Positions 1 through 10,433 of a DNA stretch of 64,000 bases are shown here, piece after piece. The DNA is from Rebecca billardiae RCC1528. Its lineage: Eukaryota > Protista > Haptophyta. Every line of letters starts with the position of its first letter. Position 1 is the stretch's first letter. Both the position numbers and the translations under genes were made by a program. The stretch covers positions 1,984,001-2,048,000 of the forward strand of contig OZ251224.1 in NCBI GenBank assembly GCA_965240325.2, in the 5' to 3' direction. The notes beneath the pieces were generated by a model. That model had not been told where the DNA came from and did no database searches. It was given only the letters and a program-made list of their open reading frames with translations.

Positions 1-658
1 TGGCGCGGAGCGCGTGGGCCGCGCGCGCCAAATCCAACGCCGGCGCGGACATCGCGCGAGGATTCCCTAGACGGGTTTTCGCCCGATTCGCGATTGCTGC
101 CCTCGTCGTCTCGCGTGCAGGTCGAACGGGGGCTAAATCGACGCGTTTGGAGCGGTACGCTCGGCGCGTCGACACGATCGTGCGACCTGGGGCGATCCTC
201 GCCCGACGTGCACGTCGAAAGCTCGCACCGGCCATAGTATCAAGCGCTGCGCACGATGACCGCCTCGCGCGATCCACCGTCGCGCGTCGGGCTCGGTGCG
301 AGAAAGCCCTCATCACGAGGCGTCTCGCGGGCGGGAAGCGCCATCGCACGCGACGCAAGATTTGGCGCGGCCTGCTGAACTCGATCGCCGGAATCCGCGC
401 ACCGGACTCAGTCATTGCTCGCGGTCCGGTCCCTCAGCCGAAGCCCACGTCCGGCCTGCATGGCGTCGACGGTGACCAATGCGACGGAAGCGCAGCGCCA
501 ACGGCGTACGACGCGCAGCGGACGCACCTCCCGGGTCTGTCGCCGTGGCAGCAACCGCGTCATCGCGAGTTGGCGACCCTCGCCGCAGCGCGACACAGAC
601 AAGCCCGTGATGCCATCCGCAGAGAGATGAAACGTCGAGCATGCAACATCGCCGCGCC

Positions 659-1413
659 ATGGCCTCGTCCATGGCGCAGGCGCTGCGGGACGAGGCGGAA
701 GTCGTCACGCCGGTGACGGATGCGCTGCGATTCGTGTGCTCGCGTGAGCAGCGCTTGCCCACTCTCGATCGCGAGTGGCACACGCTGTCGCTGTGCGCGC
801 GCGCGCGCACAACCAACAGCTCCTCGTGCCGCCGAGCACGCGAGCGCCAGACCTGTCGAAGATGCGAAGAGCGACGACCGCGTGAACGTCAACGCGCTCG
901 TGCTCAGCGTGGTGGCCGTGTACGACGTCAACGCGACCTGCGCCGAGCCCATCATGCCTGGAGCCGACATCGACAAGCATCCTCGCGACGACCGCTCTCG
1001 GCTGGCGGCAGGAGGACATGCACATGATCTACTCTGGCGGCTTCGTCGGCGGCGAGGCGCTCGATTACGCCATCGCGGTCGAGATGCGGCACATACAGCG
1101 CGTACCCGCGCTCGCGCGGAGCAACGGGCTACCCGCCCCGCCCCGCGTGCTGCACATTCCCTCGTGGGTGTGGGCCTCGCTGATGCGCATACAATACTCT
1201 AAGAGTACAGACCGTGCCAAACGTGTGTACATCACGTCGGGGAGCCAACTTCACGTGTCACTGGTCCTTGCACTCGACTGTCCGTCACCCACGGCCACGA
1301 GCGAATGTGGAAAGACGCGAACCCGCAAAGGATACATTGCGACAGCACTGGCACGGCCCGCCGACCCCCCCGCCCGCCAGGGCGCACAGTTTTATTACGG
1401 TATAACGTATTAA
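659..1413 (+). pseudogene. Possible degraded Ulp1/C48 (SUMO-protease-like) coding relic split over several frames
   Basis: Protein-like segments run in three successive frames (MASSMAQALRDEAEV.., VNVNALVLSVVAVYDV.., EDMHMIYSGGFVGGEALDYAI..VLHIPSWVWASL..RVYITSGSQLHVSLVLAL). The last loosely follows the Ulp1 pattern DL..L..WLNDEVIDFY / HIFNSFFY.KL / HWSLLV. Apparent frameshift near 980; no catalytic Cys motif seen. Confidence 0.25.
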
Positions 1414-1686
1414 GTATACGGCCATTCGGCACGGACCGTAATCCGTATGGATCCGAACCGCGCCTGATCGGACTGCAGTACTTAGTGGCCTGTTACACCG
1501 GGAACGACCCGCGGTACTATAGGACCGGTGGCAGCGGTGCGGGCGGTGCTGCTCATCGTCGTCAGAGCTGTAATCGTGCTCGGCCATGACGCTGATGAAC
1601 AGATGAAGCCAGAGTGAAGAGTACTGAGTGAGCAGACTCCAGGACCAGCAGGCAGCAGTGAACACCGCGCCACTGTCACGGAAGGC

Positions 1687-3238
1687 TCAACTCGTCACAA
1701 TCACCGCCGCTCTCCGCTGCCGCACTCGTCGACGACAGCTCACCGAGCTCATCAGCGAGTCGTCCAGCGCCGACGGCGGGGCGCAGCCGCTGTTCGTGTC
1801 ACTCGTGTCAGATGCCCCGCCTTTGTCGACGCGTGCTGTTTCACCGGCGAATTGGAGTGAGCGCCGCGTTGGCCGCTGCTGCACAAGTCCTGCGCGGCTG
1901 CTCTGCCGGGTGCGCCGCCCAGGGGTCGTCGGCACACTTGCCGGTGTTGCCGGCACGCGCGAACCACGGCTGTGAGAGGTGCGATCCGTACCACTCGGCA
2001 AGCTAGTCGCCGCCACCAGGGTCTCAGTCGAGCTGCGGGCCTGCGCTGCACGAGGCCGCTTGCGATCGCGCCCATCAGGTACTGCGGCTGGCTCACCGAT
2101 GGCGCGCAAGGCGGCGCGAAAGTCGTGCAGCTCGGCGACGAACATGACCTGCATGCGCGGGTCAACACGCGGGCACGACGGGCCGCCCAGTTCCATGAGG
2201 CTCTCGAGACCACGGACCCGCGCGCGAATGGTCTCCCCCGACACTGACGCAACGGTACACCGCTTGGGTCGTGGCACTCGCGCGGGCCGCCGCGCGCAGC
2301 ACACGCACCCCGCGCACGCGCACGGCGCACACCATGAAGGCCCACCCGGCGTGCTCTCGGCCAAAGAGCGCGTGAAATCGCTCGACGATGCGCTGGTACA
2401 CGCCGGGCGTGAGGCTGAGGCCGCGCACGGCCGGCAGCAGGCAGCGCTCAGCGATCTGGAAGCAGTGCGTGTCCACGGGCACACAGCCGTCGTGTCCGTA
2501 TGAGAAGAGGAGGACGCAGTCGGCCACCTTCCGCCCGACGCCGCACAGCTCGCACAGCGCCGCGCGGGCGTCGTCCTCGCTGAGCGTGCCAATCTCCTCG
2601 AGGAACGCCTCGCCGCCGCGCTCCACCAGCTGCTGCGCGAGCTTCACCACGCGTGGCGCGCGGTAGCCCCAGCCCAGCTGCCACAGCTCCGCCTCTGAGA
2701 GCGACGCGAGCTGCGCGACGGAGGGGAAGCGGTGCAGCCGGGTGCGCGACTCGCCGGACCCCCGCGACGCGATGTGCGTCGCGTCGCCAAAGTGCGCGCA
2801 GAGGGCCTCTACCATCTGCATGTTGCGCTTGATGTTGTTGTTTGCCGAGCCGACAAAGGTGACGAGGGCTTCTAGGTGTGAGATGTGCAGCACGCGCACG
2901 CCCTGCAGCGCGGCGGCAGCCTTGGCAAAGAGCGGCGGGGCTGCTGTCGCCCGTTGCATCCAATCGCGCGCGTCGACCCCACGATCGAGGCTGAGGTGCT
3001 TCCGCAGCAGCGCAGCCCCCTGCGCGGTCTCGCTCGCTGGTCCGAGCGCGCGGTAGTAGCACGTGTGCGCCGCCTGCTTGAGCTCGAACGCGTGATCATC
3101 GAGCACGCCCACGAACGTGTCAGTGCAGTCGCCGCATCGCTGCCAGCGGAAGCTCATCCCCGACAGAAGCGTAGGTGCCAGCTGAAGCCGCTCGGGCGGT
3201 GTGAGCAAATCGTGCCACACGTCCGAGCTGACGCCCAT
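1687..3238 (-). CDS. OGG1: 8-oxoguanine DNA glycosylase/AP lyase; exons 3238-2333 and 2148-1687 (intron 2332-2149)
   Basis: LSGMSFRW, SANNNIKRN, GWGYRA, HhH-GPD LCELCGVGRKVADC..VPVDTH. A GT..CAG intron joins AGWAFM to VMFVAEL, restoring the OGG1 C-terminal helix. Confidence 0.92.
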
Positions 3239-3469
3239 CGCGCGGCCGTGGTTGCCGACGAAGGCGGGCCGAATCGCGCGCCCCGAAGTCGATCACCGAA
3301 GTGGTTTCCCCGCAATCCCGGGCAATCCCGGCGACGACGACGGCGGCTCCCTTCAGAGAGTGACAGAGCAAAGGACCATTCAGAGCGTGCATGCAAGCTA
3401 CAACACGGCGTAACCGACTGTCGACTCTGATCGGACATTGAGTGTACAACGACGCAATCCTCATGGTCG

Positions 3470-4777
3470 TCATGCTGCAAGTCCGCGCGGTGCGACACTC
3501 GTGAGCTCACGAGTGTCCGGCGCGCCGTCCGACGCTGTCCCGCGGGCGGGGTCGCGCTGCGTCGGTTGTCGCGGGTGGTCACGGCGCGCCCCATCGTCGT
3601 ACCGCGGCTGCTCCACGTCCTCAGACTCCTCCTCGCCCTCCTCCTCGCCCTCGGACTCGGACTCCTCTCCGCTGTACTCCTCGTCGTCCTCCTCCCCGCT
3701 GTACTCGTCGTCGTACTCGTCGTCGTCGTCGTCAGTGCCGTCGTACTTGTCGCCGTACGCCTCCTCATCCTCCTCGTCGATCCCGTCACGCATCATAGCC
3801 TCCCCGTTCGGTGGCTCGACGTCCACGTCGACCTCATCCATGCCCTGCGCGGCGTGTATTGGCTGGTAGTTGCCCACGACGCAGCGGATGAAGTTCTCGC
3901 GCGGATGCGCGTACGTCCAGCCCATCTGCCACGCGACCAGCGTGAACACTGCGATGAGCACGATCTCGATGCCGCCGTAGAAGATAGGCACGCCCGTCGC
4001 GAGCGCGGCCTCTTCGGGCTCAAAGATGGTGAGCGCCACGGTGATCGCCAGTCCGGTGTTCTGGTAGCAGCACTCGATGCAGATCGAGACCGCCTCCGGC
4101 CCCGAGCAGCGGAGCACGCGCGCGATCACAAACGAGATGACGAGCCCGGCCACGCAGGGCGCGCTCACCGCGAGGTACCACTCGGGCTCCAGGCCCCAGA
4201 GCGGAGTCGACGAGCCGGACGAGGTGAGCGCCGCCAGGGCGATGTTCGCGAGCCCACCCAGCGTGCCGATCTTGTTGAAGAAGCTCTTCCGCTTTGGCAT
4301 CCACGTGCCTAGTGAGACGCCCACAATCACCGCTCCGATCACGATGCCGATCGACACGCCGATCCCCCACCAGTCGAGCTCGACGCTCGTACCATATAGG
4401 AACTGCACGTAGATGAGCACGTTGACCGGGAGCATCACGATCGAGACCAGTGTGCTCACCGTCGTCATCGCCACGCTCAGGGCAAGATCCGCGTTACCGA
4501 GCGAGCACCACCATCCACTGAAGCCACCGCCCGGAGACGTCGTCGTGAGGAGCAGCATGATGCCGTATATCCGCGGTAGCCCGAACGCGAAGACCGAGCT
4601 GAAGCCCAGGAACGGGAGCAACACAAATTGGCACACGACACCTGTCAAGATGCCGCGGAGGTTTGTGAGCTGCGCGCGGAAGTCGTACAGGTCGGTCGTG
4701 CCCGCCATGCCGCCGATGAGCATGAAGAGAAATGTGTTACTCAGGCCAGTGGCAACAGAGGCCGACAGAGATGACAT
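3470..4777 (-). CDS. Bile acid:sodium symporter family (SLC10/BASS) transporter with acidic C-terminal tail
   Basis: 435-aa ORF with ~9 hydrophobic helices; GVVCQFVLLP, TSPGGGFSGWW..NADLALSVAMTTVST, ISIE-like ICIECCYQNTGLA motifs. Confidence 0.88.
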   Translation of the reverse strand: MSSLSASVATGLSNTFLFMLIGGMAGTTDLYDFRAQLTNLRGILTGVVCQFVLLPFLGFSSVFAFGLPRIYGIMLLLTTTSPGGGFSGWWCSLGNADLALSVAMTTVSTLVSIVMLPVNVLIYVQFLYGTSVELDWWGIGVSIGIVIGAVIVGVSLGTWMPKRKSFFNKIGTLGGLANIALAALTSSGSSTPLWGLEPEWYLAVSAPCVAGLVISFVIARVLRCSGPEAVSICIECCYQNTGLAITVALTIFEPEEAALATGVPIFYGGIEIVLIAVFTLVAWQMGWTYAHPRENFIRCVVGNYQPIHAAQGMDEVDVDVEPPNGEAMMRDGIDEEDEEAYGDKYDGTDDDDDEYDDEYSGEEDDEEYSGEESESEGEEEGEEESEDVEQPRYDDGARRDHPRQPTQRDPARGTASDGAPDTRELTSVAPRGLAA

Positions 4778-5133
4778 GGCGCACCACCACCAGCCGCGGC
4801 GTCGTCCTACCGGCCGGGTCGGCGGCGCGCCCCCTCAAGGCCACGATGAGGTTCACCGCCCAGGCGCCGCGCCCGCCTGCTTGCGCTCAAAGAATCTTTT
4901 CAGGCTGTACCCCCATATGTATCTGACCGGGTATTGTCGCCCGCCGATGAATACTTATTGTAGTGAATTCGTAATCACCAGCAGTACTGACGACGACCGT
5001 TTCAAGACTCAAGACGATGCCGGGCTGGCTCGCGTGAGGAGTGAGAAAGCGCCGCGAATGGCAGGACGTAGGCATGTGAGACGGCGACCTTCCTGCAGAC
5101 CTTCATCAGCGCTCCCGGATGATGCCACAGATG

Positions 5134-6471
5134 TCACAGCACGCGATCTGCTCGGGCGAAAACCAGGTAGCACATCGCGCACGCGCTGTTGATGCCTGCA
5201 GCGAGGAAGAACACACTCGCCCACGCGCCTCCCGTCGCGTCGAGTAGGTGCGCGGTGAAGGGCCCACCGACGAGCCCGGGCACAGTCGCCAGCGTGTTGG
5301 ACCACGAGAAAGTGAGGCCAGCGAGCGAATGTGAGATGTCCGCGTGGTTTGCCATGTAACCAGCGCTCGTGGCCGCCCCCAGCGCGTGCGAGAGCGCCGC
5401 GGCGGCGATGGCCAGGCGTGGCACCCGCACGCACACGAGCATCACGTGGCACAGCGCCGGGCCCAGGAGACCCACCGCCGTCGCGATCCGGCGCACGTTG
5501 AGCACCGACAGGCGGCGCGAGCGCACGAGCAGATCCGCGGCGTGCCCGATGCCCAGCCCGGCGAGCGCGTTCACGAGGAAGGGCAGCGCGGTGAGCCAGA
5601 GGTCGCGCACAGGCAGCCCGAGCGCCGTGTGCAGGTAGGTGGGCAGCCACGAGGCGAGCACAAAGTTGGTCCAGTTCTGCCCAAAGTGGGCGGAGCAGAT
5701 GGCCAGTAGCGGGGTCGACGAGCACAGCCGCCCAAGCAGCGCCACGCTCGGCAGGACACTCGGCGGCGGCGGCGGAGCTGCTGCTGCGTTTGTCGTCTCC
5801 TTGGCAACGGCGGCGGGGCCGGGGCTATCGATGTCAGCCGGGGATGCCTCGCGTCCGCGCAGGGCGGCGCGCTCATCGTCGAGCTGGTCGGAGTCGTCGT
5901 TTGCCAGGCTCGATGGCTCGCGCCGCGCGCACTCCACGGCCGCCGCGAGCGCGCACCACAGCACGCCTGCCGCCCCGAAGCAGAAAAACGGAACGCTCCA
6001 CGCACCCAAGAGTGGCGCTGACAGCAGCGCCACGAGCTGCCCAGCTCCTCCCGCTGCGAAGACGAGCGCGAATGCGCGACTGCGCTTCCTCGCCGCCACG
6101 CGCGTGCCGAGGATTTGGAACACCGCGGGCAAGCAGAAGCCCTCCGCCAGCCCAAGGCCAGCGAGTAGCGCAAAGAGCGCGTGCAGGCTGAGGCGGGCTG
6201 CCCAGGGCGTGAGCGCCGTGCAGAGCGACCACGCGAGGACCGCCCAGGACAGAACGAAGGTCGGCTTCACGTGCGTCGCGACCCAGCCGCTAGGCAGCTG
6301 GACGATGATGTACCCGTAAGCGAACGCCGAGAGCACCCAGCCGCGCTGCATGGTTGTCCATCCGAGCTCATCGCCCGCAGGCACGATGGCGATGGGCATG
6401 ATCACGCGCGCGCCCTGATTGAGCGCGTTCGCGGTCGCCGCGAGGACCACATCGAGGAGCTCCGCTCGCAT
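5134..6471 (-). CDS. MFS anion:cation symporter (SLC17/PHT4/sialin-like); start uncertain (6471, 6516 or 6531)
   Basis: GWVLSAFAYGYIIVQLPSGW, GLAEGFCLP, AHFGQNW..SWLPTY, GYMANHADI..AGLTFSWSNTLATVPG; ~12 TM helices. Confidence 0.88.
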   Translation of the reverse strand: MRAELLDVVLAATANALNQGARVIMPIAIVPAGDELGWTTMQRGWVLSAFAYGYIIVQLPSGWVATHVKPTFVLSWAVLAWSLCTALTPWAARLSLHALFALLAGLGLAEGFCLPAVFQILGTRVAARKRSRAFALVFAAGGAGQLVALLSAPLLGAWSVPFFCFGAAGVLWCALAAAVECARREPSSLANDDSDQLDDERAALRGREASPADIDSPGPAAVAKETTNAAAAPPPPPSVLPSVALLGRLCSSTPLLAICSAHFGQNWTNFVLASWLPTYLHTALGLPVRDLWLTALPFLVNALAGLGIGHAADLLVRSRRLSVLNVRRIATAVGLLGPALCHVMLVCVRVPRLAIAAAALSHALGAATSAGYMANHADISHSLAGLTFSWSNTLATVPGLVGGPFTAHLLDATGGAWASVFFLAAGINSACAMCYLVFARADRVL

Positions 6472-6647
6472 GCCGTGTCGCGCGCCAGGTGCGGCAACGA
6501 GTGGCATCGCACTCATGCGTACGTGCGCCATGTGATGGCGCGGGCGGCGCTCGCGGCCGGGCGGCTGAGCGCCTGAGCCTTTGCCGGTCCGGCTGATGCA
6601 AGTTCTCCGTCTCCCGCGCTGCCGCTCCGGCAGGGCTGCTGTTCGTG

Positions 6648-7181
6648 ATGTCATTCGGGCACCATCATCTTCGTCGTCCACCTGGACGCAAGCCACTCGC
6701 AGCCCTCGCCGCGCGCCTCCTCTCCATGAGCGCCGTCCCGCCGGGATCGTTGCACACGACTGTCGGCGACGCAGCGACAGCTGATGAGCTGCGCTTGTGC
6801 AAGATTGGCGGCTGCTGCGGCAAGGACACGCCCTTGTTGCCACCCGAGGCCCTCTTGCCCAGGGTCAGCGCACTTCCACGCTGGCAGATCAGCGCGGACC
6901 AGAAGAGGATATCGACGCGTTTCGTCGCGCGGAACTGGAGTGAGGCGATGAAGTTCTTCAACGCGCTCTCCGTCATCGCAGAAGAAGAGGGACACCACCC
7001 AGATATCAGTCTGACCAACTACCGCGAGGTTGCAGTCGATCTCACGACGCATGCGGTCGGCGGTCTGACGATGCCTGACCTCGTGCTTGCTGCCAAGTTG
7101 GACGCCATCCCCGTGGAGTACTCCGCGAAGTGGCTGCGCGGGGATGCCGCATCCGCATACCGACCTGCCGATGGCAACTAG
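6648..7181 (+). CDS. Pterin-4-alpha-carbinolamine dehydratase, possibly with an organellar presequence (alternative start 6726)
   Basis: IAEEEGHHPDI..YREVAVDLTTHAVGGLTMPDLVLAAKLD is the PCD/PhhB signature. Confidence 0.9.
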   Translation: MSFGHHHLRRPPGRKPLAALAARLLSMSAVPPGSLHTTVGDAATADELRLCKIGGCCGKDTPLLPPEALLPRVSALPRWQISADQKRISTRFVARNWSEAMKFFNALSVIAEEEGHHPDISLTNYREVAVDLTTHAVGGLTMPDLVLAAKLDAIPVEYSAKWLRGDAASAYRPADGN

Positions 7182-8000
7182 GCTCCGCCGGCACAACCTG
7201 ACGGCGCAGGCTGCAGACATGATGAGACGGGCCGAAGACGGCACTGTGCCCGTGCCCGAATGGTGATTGGTGTGCGGACGCGAAGGACCCAAGCTGCAGA
7301 AATCATGCACCTGTGGTGGGTAAATTGCATACGGATAACTTAAGTTACACGAGAGTAGAGCGCGGAACATTTCATTTTAAAAAGCGAGATCGGAGAAGAC
7401 CGGAACCGTGTTGTCCAGCTGGCGCAACGCCCCTGTGTCGCGACGCCGACGGCCGACGCGGGCGACGGGCGTCGCGTCGACGCGTTGCCAAAATGCCAAT
7501 GCCAGCCGTCACGCGTGTGAACAAAGCAGACAGATGGTGCGGCGCTCCTGACTCACTGTCGACACGAGTGTCAGGCCGGGGCGGGCGAATGGGGTGGCAC
7601 CGCGATACTTCATACTAGGTGGTAGCAGCCTCATCCGCATTATGTGCCACGGAATACCCGAAACAGTGCGGACGATACTACGACCCTGAATCCAAACTGA
7701 ATCAGCAAAGCCCACAGCCGCCGTCGACGGTCGAGTAGTGCCAGGTTGGGGTTGTGCAACATTGGCACCGTCGACGGAACGGCAGTCCGACACGCTGCCT
7801 GGATGCCATGCAGCCCCGAGCCCAAGGCTCAGAGACAGCGACAGGGCCCAATCAGTCGATGGAAGCACCCTGCCTGCGACACGTCTGCGGCACGCGGCAC
7901 GCGGCGCCAGCGACCCCAGTGCTGCGCCGCGGCGCGGCCACCTGCGCGCCCAGCCACAGCCCTGTGCAAGCACATCAGGCTGCAAGCTGAAGCTCGTCGT

Positions 8001-8701
8001 CTAATCCTCCTCCTCGTCGCCACCAGCGTCGCCGCCGCCGCCGCCCTTGGCAGCCTGCGCCTTGCGCTTCACGCGGCCCGGGCGGCCACCGCCGAACGGG
8101 CTCGTCAGCGCGAAGTCGATGTGCTTTTGGCTGTCCGTGCGCACCATGAAGGACGGCACGTCAACAATCTGCTTGCCGACGCGGATGTGCCTCTGCTTGA
8201 TGAGCACACGCGCGTGGTGGATGCTCTTGGCAAGGCCGAGCTTGAACACCTGCGTCTGCAGGCGCCGCTCGAGGAAATCCTGCGCGGACAGGCGCGGCAG
8301 ACGCGCGACACGTAAGCGAGCGGCGGCAAGCCCCGCACGAGCCAGACCCCCCGCATAACCGCGCACGCGCACGTGTGCAGGCGACGTACCGCCGGCTTGA
8401 GCGCAAGCACGTAATCCAGCGTGGTGCGGTCCTCAGGCAACACGCCCATGCGCAGCAGGCGACGGAGGATGGCCGCACCCTCGAACACGCGGCGCGGGTC
8501 CTTCTCGTCGAGGGTGAGCAGCACACGCGATGCCTTGCGGATCTTCGCGAGCACGAGCTGCACGCGCCACACCTCGCGCTTGTTCTTGAGACCATACTCG
8601 CCGATGAGCTTCATCTCGCTGTCCATCCGCTCCTTCTCGAACGGACGGTTCGGCGTGCGGCTCGTCTTGCCATGGTTGCGCAGGAACGACGTCGATGGCA
8701 T
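8001..8701 (-). CDS. RPS9: 40S ribosomal protein S9 (uS4); exons 8701-8390 and 8279-8001 (intron 8389-8280)
   Basis: [22 protein letters not shown] and [49 protein letters not shown], joined by a GTACGT..GCGCAG intron. Confidence 0.97.
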
Positions 8702-8895
8702 GGCGACCGCGTTGGAGCTCCCTCGCTGGCGCGTGGCCGCGTGCACAGCCTGCGGTCCGGCTTGCTGGGTGCCGAGCCATCCGGACCGTCCCCCGATTTT
8801 CGGATTTTACCTCCGAAGAAAAATAAACTCGCACGAGCGACTCGGCTGTCGCGAAGCGCGCGAAGCTGCTTCCGAGGCTCGCGACGCCGGGCGCC

Positions 8896-9234
8896 ATGTC
8901 GTCGTCGGCACCACGTGAGCCCGACGGCGCGGAGACGACTACGAGGCTGGCCCGGCTCACGGCATTCAACGAGCGGCATGCGGAGGAGAAGCGTGCTCGC
9001 GAGGAACATCGTCAAAAATGCCTGCGCGCTGCGTTCCAGAACGCTTTGATGGCGGGCTTCACCGGATGTGCATGTGCAGTTGGGGGAACGCGTATGCTGC
9101 GTGTAAAGATCAGTGACTGGTCGACCAAGTCGTTCGGCCTCGTACTCAGCTTTTTCATGCCCTACGCGCTGGCGCACGAGATGACTCGCGGCCGCTGCCA
9201 GAGGCAGTTCCGCGCCGTGCAAGCCGCTGATTGA
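8896..9234 (+). CDS. Small hypothetical membrane protein (112 aa, two moderately hydrophobic segments)
   Basis: ATG in gccATG context 194 bp from the RPS9 start (divergent); non-repetitive protein-like composition; charged N-terminus followed by two hydrophobic stretches bracketed by Cys. Confidence 0.55.
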   Translation: MSSSAPREPDGAETTTRLARLTAFNERHAEEKRAREEHRQKCLRAAFQNALMAGFTGCACAVGGTRMLRVKISDWSTKSFGLVLSFFMPYALAHEMTRGRCQRQFRAVQAAD

Positions 9235-9886
9235 CTGAAGGTGACCGCCAGCCTCTGAGCGAGTTCTGGGCAGCCCGGGCCGGCGCTCGTCTTGTTCATC
9301 CTCGATGTGCATTCTTATTGTTGACGAGTCCCGCAGCGGCCCGGCGCCGTGGCCACGGCCCGTGGCCCGTCATGCCCGAGGTCCCCATCATAGCTCATAC
9401 TCCGTGGCGGCCCGCCCCGCAGTCGCCGAGGATTGGCGGAGCGCGCTGCGCGGGCCCCGGGGGCGCCGGGGGCCTGGTCGCCCCGGGGCCTTAGGACGGA
9501 GGCCCACGACAGCCCGCCGGGTAAACGTTATCATCGGTCCGCGACGTCGGCCGGCAGAGCCGCGCAGAGCTGACCACTGCTAGCCAGTATTAGCGCCGCA
9601 CCCACGACAGCCGACGACTGACTACCAGCTCGATATCCGACCGGATCCGGCGCGAGCGGCGAGGCTCGGTCGCCCCGCGCCCGGCCCGCCCCGGATCATC
9701 AGAAACAGAACCGCCGGCGCGCTGCCGCAATGTCGTACGACGGCTGTACCCGCCGGCCGGGGCCACGGCGAACGTGCGAGGCCACAGACGGCGGCACAGA
9801 CGCAGAGGCCGCCGAGGGCCTCGACGGGCACGGCACCGGCGTGCGCGCTGACTATGTCTATGTACGATAGTAACAGCCTTCATCGC

Positions 9887-10343
9887 GGGCGTGCCCCCCG
9901 AGTTTTGCCAGAATCTGTGGTGTCCGAGAAGCGCAGCCGTCCGCGAGCGCTGGTTGGCCGGCGGCACACGTCTCACGTCTGATCCGCCCTTACGCAATAC
10001 TCATCTTGGGCTCGGCCTATCAATCAGGGGCACTGTCAACACCCACTGATAACTACAGCCCAGCTGTGTATCAATGCCACCTGACAATACAGCCCAGCTG
10101 TGTATCAATGCCGGCTGATACAGGGCCCTAGCCGACAGGCTGCACAGCCCCGCCCCCACTCCCCAGCCGCCGCGGCACCGTGTCCAGAGTACAGAAGCAG
10201 GGTACTACTACTAAACTGACCGCTCCGCAGCCAGGAATCTACTACCGTTGTACTAGGTGCCCCCGCTCTAGGTGCCCCTAGAGCGTGGTGGGGGTGGCTT
10301 CCTGGACACCCCTGATTCTGGCAAAACTCGGGGGGCGCACCCC
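9887..10343. mobile_element. Non-autonomous inverted-repeat element (MITE/HINE-like)
   Basis: A perfect 22-bp inverted repeat CCCCCCGAGTTTTGCCAGAATC (9894-9915 vs 10314-10335) extends imperfectly to ~45 bp. Internal 25-bp direct repeat and perfect hairpin; no coding capacity; no clear TSD. Confidence 0.55.
10054..10112. repeat. Two identical 25-bp direct repeats TACAGCCCAGCTGTGTATCAATGCC (10054-10078, 10088-10112)
   Basis: Read directly; 34-bp period, 9-bp spacer. Confidence 0.9.
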
Positions 10344-10433
10344 TTCGCGCTAAGCTGGCCAACAACAAACAAAGAGAGAATCGTGCGCACAGCAGCACGT
10401 TGACGTGGTCGCGACGGCGACCGCGTGCCGCAA

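Noticed and set aside
9300-9850. GC-rich quasi-palindromic stretch as an rRNA/ITS fragment or ncRNA
   Set aside because: No conserved rRNA, tRNA or snRNA motifs recognised; self-complementarity is expected at this GC level.
10054-10112. 25-bp direct repeats as a possible CRISPR array
   Set aside because: Only two copies, 9-bp spacer, no cas genes, eukaryotic context.
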